The notes under the pieces: model-generated
Database searches by the model: none
Seen by the model: only the letters and a program-made list of their open reading frames with translations
Told to the model about the DNA's origin: nothing
Shown: positions 1-8,144 of the stretch, piece by piece
Layout of the letters: every line of letters starts with the position of its first letter
How positions within the stretch are numbered: position 1 is the first letter of the stretch
Position numbers and translations under genes: made by a program
NCBI GenBank assembly: GCA_946186925.1
Contig: CAMHPA010000001.1
Coordinates: 17,327-81,326, forward strand
Source of the DNA: an uncultured Bacteroidota bacterium
GTDB taxonomy: Bacteria > Bacteroidota > Bacteroidia > Bacteroidales > SZUA-534
Length of the DNA stretch: 64,000 nucleotides
Reading direction: 5' to 3'

Positions 1-1
1 C

Positions 2-841
2 ATAACCGGAAAACTCGCCACCTACGCCACTCAGGCCAAAAAGATTCATTTCGATATCGACCCGTCGGAGATTAACAAGAACGTGAAGGTTGACCTTGCT
101 GTGCTTGGCGACTGCAAACAGACTCTGGCACAGGTGAATAAGTTGCTGAAAAAGAACAGCCACACCGAGTGGATTGAGAGTTTCAAGCCATATTTTGAGA
201 AGGAGCGCACGGTGGTTATCGAAAAAGAAATTCACCCCACCGAAGGTCCGATAAAGATGGGCGAGGTGGTGAATGTTGTCACCCAACAAACTGGTAATAA
301 GGCCATTATGGTTACCGATGTTGGTCAGAACCAAATGATGGCTGCCCGCTACTTCAAGTTCACCCAACGCCGCAGCGTGGTGACGTCGGGCGGAATGGGC
401 ACAATGGGATTCGGCACGCCGGCCGGCATTGGAGCGGCTTTCGGTGCCCCCGACCGCGATGTGTGCGTCTTCCTTGGCGACGGCGGCCTGCAGATGACCA
501 TTCAAGAGTTGGGCACCATTATGGAGAATCAGGTTCCTGTGAAACTTATCTTGCTCAACAACAACTATTTGGGCAACGTCCGCCAATGGCAGGCAATGTT
601 CTTCAACCGCCGCTACTCGTTCACCCCGATGACGAACCCCGATTTTATGAAGATTGCCGAAGCCTATCGCATTCCGTGTCAGACAGTTATCGACCGCAAA
701 GACCTTGCCGCCGCCGTCCGCACAATGATGGACACCAAAGGCCCCTATCTGCTTCAGGTGGCTGTTGAGGAGGAAGGCAACGTGCTGCCAATGTGCGCCC
801 CCGGCCACGATGTTGACGATATGATGCTGGAATTTAAATGA
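2..841 (+). CDS. ilvB: acetolactate synthase (AHAS) large subunit, C-terminal part; the 5' end lies outside the window
   Basis: The frame is open from the window edge (codons from nt 2: ITGKLATYATQAKKIHFDIDPSEINKN...). It contains the ThDP-binding region GDGGLQMTIQELGT...LNNNYLGNVRQWQ. ilvN and ilvC follow on the same strand. Confidence 0.9.
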   Translation: MTGKLATYATQAKKIHFDIDPSEINKNVKVDLAVLGDCKQTLAQVNKLLKKNSHTEWIESFKPYFEKERTVVIEKEIHPTEGPIKMGEVVNVVTQQTGNKAIMVTDVGQNQMMAARYFKFTQRRSVVTSGGMGTMGFGTPAGIGAAFGAPDRDVCVFLGDGGLQMTIQELGTIMENQVPVKLILLNNNYLGNVRQWQAMFFNRRYSFTPMTNPDFMKIAEAYRIPCQTVIDRKDLAAAVRTMMDTKGPYLLQVAVEEEGNVLPMCAPGHDVDDMMLEFK

Positions 842-912
842 CAACGGACAAAAGATTGTTGAACCGGCCAATTGGATGATTGATTTATTGAATTGAAAAA
901 CAAACAGATAAA

Positions 913-1479
913 ATGGAACAAGAGAGCAAAACATTATACACCATTCTGGTTTTCTCGGAGAACCTTGCGGGATTGCTGAACCAAATCACGGCTGTTTTCA
1001 CGCGCCGTCAGGTGAACATTGAGAGCCTGAACGTCTCGGCGTCAAGCATTAAGGGCATTCACAAATACACCATTACCTGCTACAGCGACGAGGAGACAAT
1101 CGACAAAATCACCCGTCAGATTGAGAAGAAGATAGATGTGCTTCAGGCTAACTATTACACTGACGATGAGATATTTATCCAAGAGTGCGGACTGTTCAAG
1201 ATTTCAACGCCGACAATGCTGAACGAGAAGGGCATTTCGCGTCAAATCCGCCTGCACGACGCTAATATTGTGGAAGTTAACCCCACCTACGCCATTGTCA
1301 CCAAAACCGGCCTGACGGAGGACATTGAGTCGCTCTACGCCGCGCTGCAGGAGTTCAAATGCGTGCTGCAGTACGTGCGCTCGGGCCGCATAGCCATTAC
1401 CAAAAGCCGCCGCGAGCATATCAGCGACTACATTAACGAGCGCGAGGAGAAGCACCGCCAATTGACAATGGAGAATTAA
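913..1479 (+). CDS. ilvN: acetolactate synthase small (regulatory) subunit
   Basis: 188 aa with an N-terminal ACT-like segment YTILVFSENLAGLLNQITAVFTRRQVNIESLNVS. It lies directly downstream of ilvB, and its size is typical of Bacteroidota IlvN. Confidence 0.85.
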   Translation: MEQESKTLYTILVFSENLAGLLNQITAVFTRRQVNIESLNVSASSIKGIHKYTITCYSDEETIDKITRQIEKKIDVLQANYYTDDEIFIQECGLFKISTPTMLNEKGISRQIRLHDANIVEVNPTYAIVTKTGLTEDIESLYAALQEFKCVLQYVRSGRIAITKSRREHISDYINEREEKHRQLTMEN

Positions 1480-1509
1480 CAGTTGACAGTGATTTAATTG
1501 GGCGGCAAA

Positions 1510-2259
1510 ATGACTGATTCTGAAATTATTGATATAATTAAAAGCCTTGAGAAGGAATGTGAACGCTATAAAGATGGCGGACGCGAATTCATCAGTCGGC
1601 TTGCACAAAAATTAAACAATACTGTTGACGAAGAAAAAGAAGCGGTTTTTGGTTTTTTCTTTAAAGAAATTAGAAATCAGGTCAATAGTCACTTCGGTAA
1701 TTTGGCATTAGAGGTGTTCTCGGAGATGAAAACCACCGAAGTTGCGCCAACTCTCGAGAAAATTTGCAGAGAAGAATATTCTGCAGGAAACAGTAAGAAG
1801 AAAAATTTCATCATTGCAACAATGATGGAGTTGAAATACGACAAGCCTGTGGATTTGTATGCCGAGTATCTAAAATATTATAATGATGACGTTTATGAGA
1901 GATACTGGAATGTATTTTTTGACTATTGCAAAGACGATTGGAGCCGTTCAATTCCTATATTGTCATTGTACTTCGCTGACGTTCTATCATTTTCCACACT
2001 GTCTTTGTTCTTTTTGAAAAAGAAAGTAGCCAAACTCTGTATGGTGCAAAGAATCAACCACTTGTCATACTACTATTTCCAAAACAACGACTCTTATTTT
2101 TTGGAATTGGTAAAACAAGTGGCACTCAAAAATAAGAAGGCAGCCAAAGCATTAAAAAAATTGCTGACGGAATATTTGAGTAAAAAAACTTCAAAGGATT
2201 GCTATACTGCGGAGAAATGCGATAAAATAATAGGTCAGTTAGAGCGGTTTACGATTTAA
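1510..2259 (+). CDS. hypothetical protein, predicted all-alpha, no recognisable family
   Basis: A 249-codon open frame from ATG 1510 (the track starts at TTG 1498) lies in DNA of about 30-35% GC, where stop codons are frequent. No catalytic or binding motif was recognised. Confidence 0.55.
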   Translation: MTDSEIIDIIKSLEKECERYKDGGREFISRLAQKLNNTVDEEKEAVFGFFFKEIRNQVNSHFGNLALEVFSEMKTTEVAPTLEKICREEYSAGNSKKKNFIIATMMELKYDKPVDLYAEYLKYYNDDVYERYWNVFFDYCKDDWSRSIPILSLYFADVLSFSTLSLFFLKKKVAKLCMVQRINHLSYYYFQNNDSYFLELVKQVALKNKKAAKALKKLLTEYLSKKTSKDCYTAEKCDKIIGQLERFTI

Positions 2260-2320
2260 AAATCTAAAAATTCGTTAATAGGATTATCCAATAATAAGTT
2301 GTATTTTGCAATCAAAAATT

Positions 2321-2509
2321 ATGAATATGGATTCATCTTTCACAAACGACACTATGCAAATTCCACGTGCAAAAAGCGGGCGAAAAAGTCGCGTTGCACA
2401 GCAGAGTGTCGTGTCAAAAACACCTGAAAATGAATTGGCTACGGTAGAGGAGTTTTTTGATGCAGTTTGGAACCGCTACCTTGAGAAAAATGAAAAACTA
2501 CAGGGTTAG
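2321..2509 (+). CDS. putative antitoxin partner of the ParE/RelE-like toxin
   Basis: 62 aa from ATG 2321. Its 3' end overlaps the downstream toxin start by 20 nt (2490-2509), a typical type II TA arrangement. It has a basic N-terminus and a helical C-terminus (ELATVEEFFDAVWNRYLEK). No family was recognised. Confidence 0.4.
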   Translation: MNMDSSFTNDTMQIPRAKSGRKSRVAQQSVVSKTPENELATVEEFFDAVWNRYLEKNEKLQG

Positions 2510-2798
2510 GGTTTCGCGGAAAGCGTGGAATGATATTGAAGATTTAGCGGATTTCCTGCTGACGGTGAAAGATTTTGAAAGTGCACGCAGGTATCTTGAT
2601 ACAATGATGGCTGAAGTACAATCGCTGGCTTTATTTGCCGATTTGTATCGCATAAGCACAATGGCAGATATTTTAAAGTACCATCTAAAGGCTCGGCGAA
2701 TGGTAAGCCACAACCGCCGTTGGGTTTATATTTTTCATATTGAAGATGATACGGTCATTGTTGACCGCATCCGTCCTTCAAAAATTATTACAAAATAA
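2490..2798 (+). CDS. type II toxin, RelE/ParE superfamily (ParE-like)
   Basis: 102 aa from ATG 2490. The N-terminus MKNYRVRVSRKAWNDIEDLADFL and the C-terminus RRWVYIFHIEDDTVIVDRIRPSK match the ParE pattern (Y-R-x-x-x-S-x-x-A-x-x-D ... I/V-F-Y/H-x-x-x-D-x-V-x-I-x-R-I). The upstream small ORF overlaps it. Confidence 0.6.
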   Translation: MKNYRVRVSRKAWNDIEDLADFLLTVKDFESARRYLDTMMAEVQSLALFADLYRISTMADILKYHLKARRMVSHNRRWVYIFHIEDDTVIVDRIRPSKIITK

Positions 2799-2936
2799 AA
2801 GACGATTGAAAAGATTGCATTTTAATTTACATTGACTGAAAAAAAATATTGAAAATTGCTGAAAGTCTTTTACTTTCGCAGTTCGAATCGCTGATTCGTA
2901 AAAATGTGATAACAGTTTAATTTAAAGCAAAATAAA

Positions 2937-3980
2937 ATGGCACAAATGAATTTTGGCGGTGTTATCGAGAACGTGATGACCCGCGAAGAGTTTCCATTGG
3001 AAAAAGCACGTGAAATATTAAAGAACGAGACCATCGCCGTCATCGGTTATGGCGTTCAAGGTCCTGGTCAGTCGCTCAACCTGCGCGACAACGGCTTCAA
3101 CGTTATCGTTGGCCAGCGCGAGGGCAAGACTTACGACAAGGCTGTTGCCGACGGTTGGATTCCGGGCAAGACTCTCTTCTCGATTGAAGAGGCTGCCGAG
3201 CGCGGCACAATTGTTATGTGCTTGCTGTCTGACGCCGCTGTAATGTCAGTTTGGCCGACACTTCAAAAGCACCTGAAACCGGGCAACGCTCTCTACTTCT
3301 CGCACGGTTTCGCCATCACTTGGAACGACCGCACCGGCTGCGTTCCTGCAAAAGACATCGACGTTATTATGGTTGCACCTAAGGGTTCGGGCACATCGCT
3401 GCGCACAATGTTCCTTGAGGGCCGCGGCCTGAACTCGTCATACGCTGTTTACCAGGATGCTACCGGCCGTGCAATGGACCGCACCTTGGCTCTTGGCATC
3501 GGCATTGGCTCGGGCTATCTGTTCGAGACCACATTCCAACGTGAGGCCACTTCTGACCTTACCGGTGAGCGCGGCTCACTGATGGGCGCCATCCAAGGAT
3601 TGCTGCTGGCTCAATACGAGGTTCTGCGTGAGCACGGACACACCCCGTCGGAGGCCTTCAACGAGACTGTTGAGGAGTTGACTCAGTCGCTTATGCCGCT
3701 CTTCGCTAAGAACGGTATGGACTGGATGTACGCCAACTGCTCAACAACCGCACAGCGCGGCGCATTGGACTGGTTCCCGCGTTTCCACGATGCTGTGAAA
3801 CCCGTTATGGAGTGGCTCTACCTGTCAGTTAAGAGCGGTATTGAGGCTCAAATCTCAATTGACAGCAACTCGAAACCCGACTACCGCGTCGGCCTTGAGA
3901 AGGAACTGAAGGCAATGCGCGAGAGCGAGATGTGGCAGACTGCCGTTACCGTTCGCAAACTGCGTCCGGAGAACAATTAA
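2937..3980 (+). CDS. ilvC: ketol-acid reductoisomerase
   Basis: 347 aa with the Rossmann motif IAVIGYGVQGPGQSLNLRDNG and a conserved class I KARI C-terminal domain. Confidence 0.95.
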   Translation: MAQMNFGGVIENVMTREEFPLEKAREILKNETIAVIGYGVQGPGQSLNLRDNGFNVIVGQREGKTYDKAVADGWIPGKTLFSIEEAAERGTIVMCLLSDAAVMSVWPTLQKHLKPGNALYFSHGFAITWNDRTGCVPAKDIDVIMVAPKGSGTSLRTMFLEGRGLNSSYAVYQDATGRAMDRTLALGIGIGSGYLFETTFQREATSDLTGERGSLMGAIQGLLLAQYEVLREHGHTPSEAFNETVEELTQSLMPLFAKNGMDWMYANCSTTAQRGALDWFPRFHDAVKPVMEWLYLSVKSGIEAQISIDSNSKPDYRVGLEKELKAMRESEMWQTAVTVRKLRPENN

Positions 3981-4003
3981 TGCTCATTGCAGATTTCTGA
4001 TAG

Positions 4004-4035
4004 AGCCGTCTCTGAAAAGGGGCGGCTTTTTTATT
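4004..4035 (+). terminator. rho-independent terminator after ilvC
   Basis: A 9-bp stem pairs 4004-4012 with 4019-4027 (agccgtctc / gaggggcggct region, two G-U pairs). A T-run follows (cttttttatttt). Confidence 0.6.
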
Positions 4036-4111
4036 TTATTGTGGCCAGGGTTATTTGTGGCTTATAACAATCCTTCAGTTAATCAATCATTCAATCCTTG
4101 AATTAAAAAAC

Positions 4112-4119
4112 TATATTTG
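4112..4119 (+). promoter_or_regulatory. Bacteroidota -7 promoter box (TAnnTTTG) upstream of ileS
   Basis: tatatttg is an exact match to the TAnnTTTG consensus. It lies 38 nt upstream of ATG 4158. Confidence 0.4.
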
Positions 4120-4157
4120 CGCGTTTTTTCGAGAAATCAATATAAAGCATCATAATT

Positions 4158-7100
4158 ATGAGCGGTAAATTTCCAGAATACAAGCAGTTGGACTTGTCGC
4201 AGATTAACAAAGACGTCCTTGAGCAATGGAACAAGGACAACACCTTTCAAAAAAGTATCGACACTCGCGCGGGACACCCGAAATTCATCTTCTTCGAAGG
4301 GCCGCCGTCGGCTAACGGAATGCCTGGCATTCACCACGTTATGGCGCGAAGCATTAAGGATATCATCTGCCGATACAAGACGCTGCAGGGCTTTCTGGTC
4401 GACCGTAAGGCTGGCTGGGACACTCACGGCCTGCCCGTTGAGTTGGGCGTCGAGAAGCAATTGGGCATCACCAAAGAGGATATCGGCAAGAAAATCAGTG
4501 TTGACGACTACAACCACGCCTGCCGTTCCGAAGTTATGAAGTACACCGCCCAATGGCGCGACCTGACCGCCAAAATGGGCTATTGGGTGAATATGGACGA
4601 CCCCTACATCACCTACGACAACCGCTACATCGAAACGCTTTGGTATCTGCTTAAAACCATCTATAACAAGGGGTTACTCTACAAGGGATACACCATTCAG
4701 CCGTACTCGCCCGCCGCTGGAACGGGCCTTTCGACTCACGAGTTGAACCAACCTGGCTGCTACCGTGACGTGAAGGACACCACCTGCACCGCGCAGTTTA
4801 AGGTCACGGACTCTGACAATCAGTTGGTTAAAGATATTCTGGCGAAAGCCGACGCCGACCACAAGCAACTCTTCATTCTGGCCTGGACCACCACGCCGTG
4901 GACCCTGCCGTCGAACACCGCATTGTGCGTTGGACCGAAGATTGACTATGTGGCCGTTGAGACCAAGAATCCCTACACCGAGCAGGCTTGCACGGTGATT
5001 GTGGCCAAATCGCGTTTCAGCGCCTATTTCAACGATAAGAACCCTGGCACGGTGATTGCCGAAATGAAGGGCACCGACCTTGTGGGCATCCACTACGAGC
5101 AACTGTTCCCGTGGGTTGACCCGTGTGAATTGGTTGACAAACAGATTGTTAACAAGAAAGCCGACGCTTTCCGCGTTATTCCTGGCGACTACGTGACCAC
5201 CGAAGACGGTACGGGCATTGTTCACATTGCGCCAACGTTCGGCGCCGACGACGCCAAGGTGGCCAAGGCCGCTGGAATCCCGTCGCTGTTTATGATTAAC
5301 AAGGCTGGCGAGACGCGTCCAATGGTCGATTTGACTGGCAAATACTACTTCACCGCCGACCTTGACGAGCAGTTTGTGCGCGATTTTGTCAACATCGGCA
5401 TCTACAAGGAATATGAAGGCCGCTGGGTGAAGAACGCCTACGACCCGCAGTTCACCGTCAACGGAAAATACGACGAGCAAGCGGCGCAGAAGGCCGAGAA
5501 TCTCGACATCTTCATCTGTATGAAAATGAAGGCCGAAGGCACTGTCTATAAGATTGAAAAACACGTGCATAACTATCCGCACTGCTGGCGCACCGACAAA
5601 CCTGTGCTCTACTATCCGCTCGACAGTTGGTTCATCAAGGCCACTGCCGTGAAAGACCAAATGGTGGAACTGAACAAGACCATCAACTGGAAGCCGCAGA
5701 GCACTGGCGAAGGCCGTTTTGGCAAGTGGCTCGAGAACATCAACGACTGGAACCTGTCGCGCTCGCGCTACTGGGGCACGCCGCTGCCCATCTGGCGCAC
5801 CGAGGACGGCGCCGAGCAACTCTGCATCGGGTCGGTTGAGGAACTTTGCGCCGAGATTGAGAAGGCTGTGGCCGCGGGCGTTATGAAAGAGAATCCGTAC
5901 ACGGCCAAGGGCTTCAAGGTTGGCGATTACTCGAAAGAGAACTACGACAAGATTGACCTGCACCGCCCCTACATCGACGCTGTGGTGCTGGTTTCGCCCG
6001 CTGGCAAGCCAATGTACCGCGAGAAAGACCTGATTGACGTGTGGTTCGACTCGGGCGCAATGCCGTTCGCGCAGCGCCACTGGCCGTTTGAGCACAAAGA
6101 CGATTTCGACACGCTCTACCCCGCCGACTTCATCGCCGAGGGCGTCGACCAAACACGCGGCTGGTTCTACACGCTGCACGCCATCAGCACAATGATAAAC
6201 GGCAAGGTGGCCTTCAAAAACATCATCTCGAACGGCCTTGTGCTGGACAAGAACGGCAGCAAAATGTCGAAACGTCTGGGCAACGCCGTCGACCCGTTCG
6301 CCACTATCGAGAAATACGGTTCCGACCCGCTTCGCTGGTATATGATTACCAACGCGCAGCCGTGGGACAACCTGAAATTCGACATTGAGGGCGTTGACGA
6401 GGTGAAACGCAAATTCTTCGGAACGCTCTATAACACATATAGTTTCTTTGCGCTTTACGCGAATGTTGACGGTTTCACTTATCGTGAGAAGGACATTCCG
6501 CTGGCCGAGCGCCCCGAGATTGACCGCTGGATTCTGTCGCTCTTGAACTCGCTGATTGTTGAGGTGCAGGACGCTCTCGACAACTACGAGCCAACCCGCG
6601 CGGGCCGCGCCATTCAGGATTTCGTCATCGACAACTTGAGCAACTGGTATGTGCGTCTGAACCGCAAACGCTTCTGGGGCGGGCAGTACGACGCCGACAA
6701 GATTGCGGCCTATCAGACGCTCTACACCTGCCTTGAGACGGTGGCCGTGCTGGGCAGCCCGATAGCGCCTTTCTATATGGATTTGCTCTACCGCGACCTG
6801 ACGCAAGCCACTGGCCGCGCCGCCACATCGGTGCACCTGGCGCAGTTCCCCAAAGCCGACCGCTCGGCCATCGACACCGACCTTGAAGAGCGAATGGCTC
6901 TGGCACAGCGCATATCGTCAATGGTTCTCGGTCTTCGCCGAAAGGTGAGCCTTAAGGTTCGCCAACCGCTGAGCAAGATTATGGTGCCCATCCACAGCGA
7001 GAAAATGCGCCGTCAGATTGAGGCGGTCAAGCCGATAATTATGACCGAGGTGAATGTGAAAGACATTGAACTTCTGGAAAATACGACGGGCATCCTGGTT

Positions 7101-7628
7101 AAGCGCATCAAGCCCGATTTCAAGGTTCTGGGACCGAAATACGGCAAGATTATGAAGCAACTGTCGGCCGCCATCGGCCAAATGAGCCAAGAGGACATTG
7201 CCGCACTCGAGCAGGCCGAGAAGTTCGACCTGACCGTTGAGGGGCAGCCTGTCACCATCGTCCGCACCGACGTTGAGATTGTGTCGGAAGACATTCCTGG
7301 CTGGCTGGTGACCAACGAGGGCACGCTCACCGTGGCTCTCGACATCACCCTGACCGACGAGTTGAAGAACGAAGGCGTGGCCCGCGAGTTGGTGAACCGC
7401 ATTCAGAACATCCGCAAGGACAGCGGCTTCGAGGTAACTGACAAAATCAACATCCGCATCTCTGACAACGCCTACTCGAACGACGCCATCGCCAACTTCC
7501 GCCAATACATTGCAAGCCAAACACTTGCCAACAGCATCGAAATCGTCAACACCCTGACCGCCGACAACGCCATCACGGTGGACATTGACGAAGAGGTGAA
7601 TTTGTTTGTGGAGGTGAAGAAGGCGTGA
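4158..7628 (+). CDS. ileS: isoleucine--tRNA ligase (long, type-2 form)
   Basis: 1156 aa with a HIGH-region variant (PSANGMPGIHHVMARSIKD), the KMSKS motif (GSKMSKRLGN) and a CP1 editing domain. Confidence 0.97.
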   Translation: MSGKFPEYKQLDLSQINKDVLEQWNKDNTFQKSIDTRAGHPKFIFFEGPPSANGMPGIHHVMARSIKDIICRYKTLQGFLVDRKAGWDTHGLPVELGVEKQLGITKEDIGKKISVDDYNHACRSEVMKYTAQWRDLTAKMGYWVNMDDPYITYDNRYIETLWYLLKTIYNKGLLYKGYTIQPYSPAAGTGLSTHELNQPGCYRDVKDTTCTAQFKVTDSDNQLVKDILAKADADHKQLFILAWTTTPWTLPSNTALCVGPKIDYVAVETKNPYTEQACTVIVAKSRFSAYFNDKNPGTVIAEMKGTDLVGIHYEQLFPWVDPCELVDKQIVNKKADAFRVIPGDYVTTEDGTGIVHIAPTFGADDAKVAKAAGIPSLFMINKAGETRPMVDLTGKYYFTADLDEQFVRDFVNIGIYKEYEGRWVKNAYDPQFTVNGKYDEQAAQKAENLDIFICMKMKAEGTVYKIEKHVHNYPHCWRTDKPVLYYPLDSWFIKATAVKDQMVELNKTINWKPQSTGEGRFGKWLENINDWNLSRSRYWGTPLPIWRTEDGAEQLCIGSVEELCAEIEKAVAAGVMKENPYTAKGFKVGDYSKENYDKIDLHRPYIDAVVLVSPAGKPMYREKDLIDVWFDSGAMPFAQRHWPFEHKDDFDTLYPADFIAEGVDQTRGWFYTLHAISTMINGKVAFKNIISNGLVLDKNGSKMSKRLGNAVDPFATIEKYGSDPLRWYMITNAQPWDNLKFDIEGVDEVKRKFFGTLYNTYSFFALYANVDGFTYREKDIPLAERPEIDRWILSLLNSLIVEVQDALDNYEPTRAGRAIQDFVIDNLSNWYVRLNRKRFWGGQYDADKIAAYQTLYTCLETVAVLGSPIAPFYMDLLYRDLTQATGRAATSVHLAQFPKADRSAIDTDLEERMALAQRISSMVLGLRRKVSLKVRQPLSKIMVPIHSEKMRRQIEAVKPIIMTEVNVKDIELLENTTGILVKRIKPDFKVLGPKYGKIMKQLSAAIGQMSQEDIAALEQAEKFDLTVEGQPVTIVRTDVEIVSEDIPGWLVTNEGTLTVALDITLTDELKNEGVARELVNRIQNIRKDSGFEVTDKINIRISDNAYSNDAIANFRQYIASQTLANSIEIVNTLTADNAITVDIDEEVNLFVEVKKA

Positions 7629-7686
7629 GGATATTTAGGATTTAGAAGTTAGGAATTAGAATTTAGTAATTGATATTCTTTAAAAC

Positions 7687-7717
7687 CGCTGCAGACTTGG
7701 GTTTGCGGCGTTTTTTT
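7687..7717 (+). terminator. rho-independent terminator after ileS
   Basis: The stem cgctgca (7687-7693) pairs with tgcggcg (7704-7710): 7 bp including one G-U pair. A T7 run follows (7711-7717). Confidence 0.65.
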
Positions 7718-7742
7718 GTTGTCAATTGGGATTCGAGTTAAT

Positions 7743-7958
7743 CGCGCTGAAAGCGCAACCAGTCCATAGCCCAACGCAAAGTGAGCGCAGCGAACGGCAC
7801 GTTGGGTAATGCCGCTCCCATAGCCGCAGCGCGCTGAAGGCGCAACGCGTAATGCATATTTATGTTCTGCCCCTGCAGGGCGGCAACATTACGTGGTAAT
7901 GTTACCCAAGGCGCCGCTGCGCTTGCCTTGGGCTATGCAGTTTTTGTGCTTCAGCGCG
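7743..7958. repeat. nested palindromic (REP/MITE-like) non-coding element
   Basis: Two ~65-bp units in inverted orientation (7743-7812 and 7895-7958) are about 75% identical when one is reverse-complemented: cgcgctgaa..catagcccaa..gcgcagcg..ttgggtaa. Each has its own internal hairpin (cccaacg/cgttggg; cccaaggc/gccttggg). The centre holds a partial third copy (gcgctgaaggcgcaac), a cgtaatg/cattacg stem and the perfect palindrome ccctgcaggg (7871-7880). Confidence 0.5.
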
Positions 7959-7987
7959 TAAAGTTTGCCGCACAACAAAATTAACCC

Positions 7988-8115
7988 CGCATTTTATCGG
8001 AATTTTCAAGGGCTATTTTTGCGTTTTATCGGAATGCCAGAAGGTGATCCCTTCATTTTATCGGAATTTTGAGAAACTTTTTCTTCATTTTATCGGAATT
8101 TAGCACAACAAAACT
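7988..8115 (+). repeat. four direct repeats of C(A/G)TTTTATCGGAAT phased at exactly 32 bp
   Basis: The 12-nt core ttttatcggaat starts at 7992, 8024, 8056 and 8088. Three copies extend to cattttatcggaattt. The 15-18-nt spacers are unrelated. The array ends 1 nt before the -7 box of the downstream ATPase gene. Confidence 0.85.
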
Positions 8116-8116
8116 T

Positions 8117-8124
8117 TATCTTTG
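8117..8124 (+). promoter_or_regulatory. -7 promoter box (TAnnTTTG) of the AAA/DUF4143 ATPase gene
   Basis: tatctttg lies 20 nt upstream of ATG 8145. Confidence 0.4.
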
Positions 8125-8144
8125 TATTCGTTAAAACAAAAAAT

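Noticed and set aside
4674-6836. A 720-aa ORF on the minus strand inside ileS. Similar long antisense or alternative-frame ORFs lie at 35537-37165 (in carB), 15426-16418 (truB), 11097-12023 (pheS), 49837-50820 (ftsH), 31185-31886, 32493-33149, 34010-34741 and 23992-24756.
   Set aside because: They lie entirely within strongly supported conserved genes. Their translations are low-complexity and Arg/Ala/Val/Gly-rich with no motifs. This is the usual shadow-ORF effect of GC-rich third codon positions removing stop codons on the opposite strand.
7740-7960. Small ORFs (about 40 aa) readable through the palindromic element.
   Set aside because: They have no start context. The sequence is better explained by nested inverted repeats, and the reading frames differ between the two inverted copies.
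7988-8115. CRISPR interpretation of the 32-bp-period repeat array.
   Set aside because: The conserved unit is only 14-17 nt, there are only four copies, and the spacers are 15-18 nt. There are no cas genes, and the repeats lack the length and palindromic character of known CRISPR repeats.
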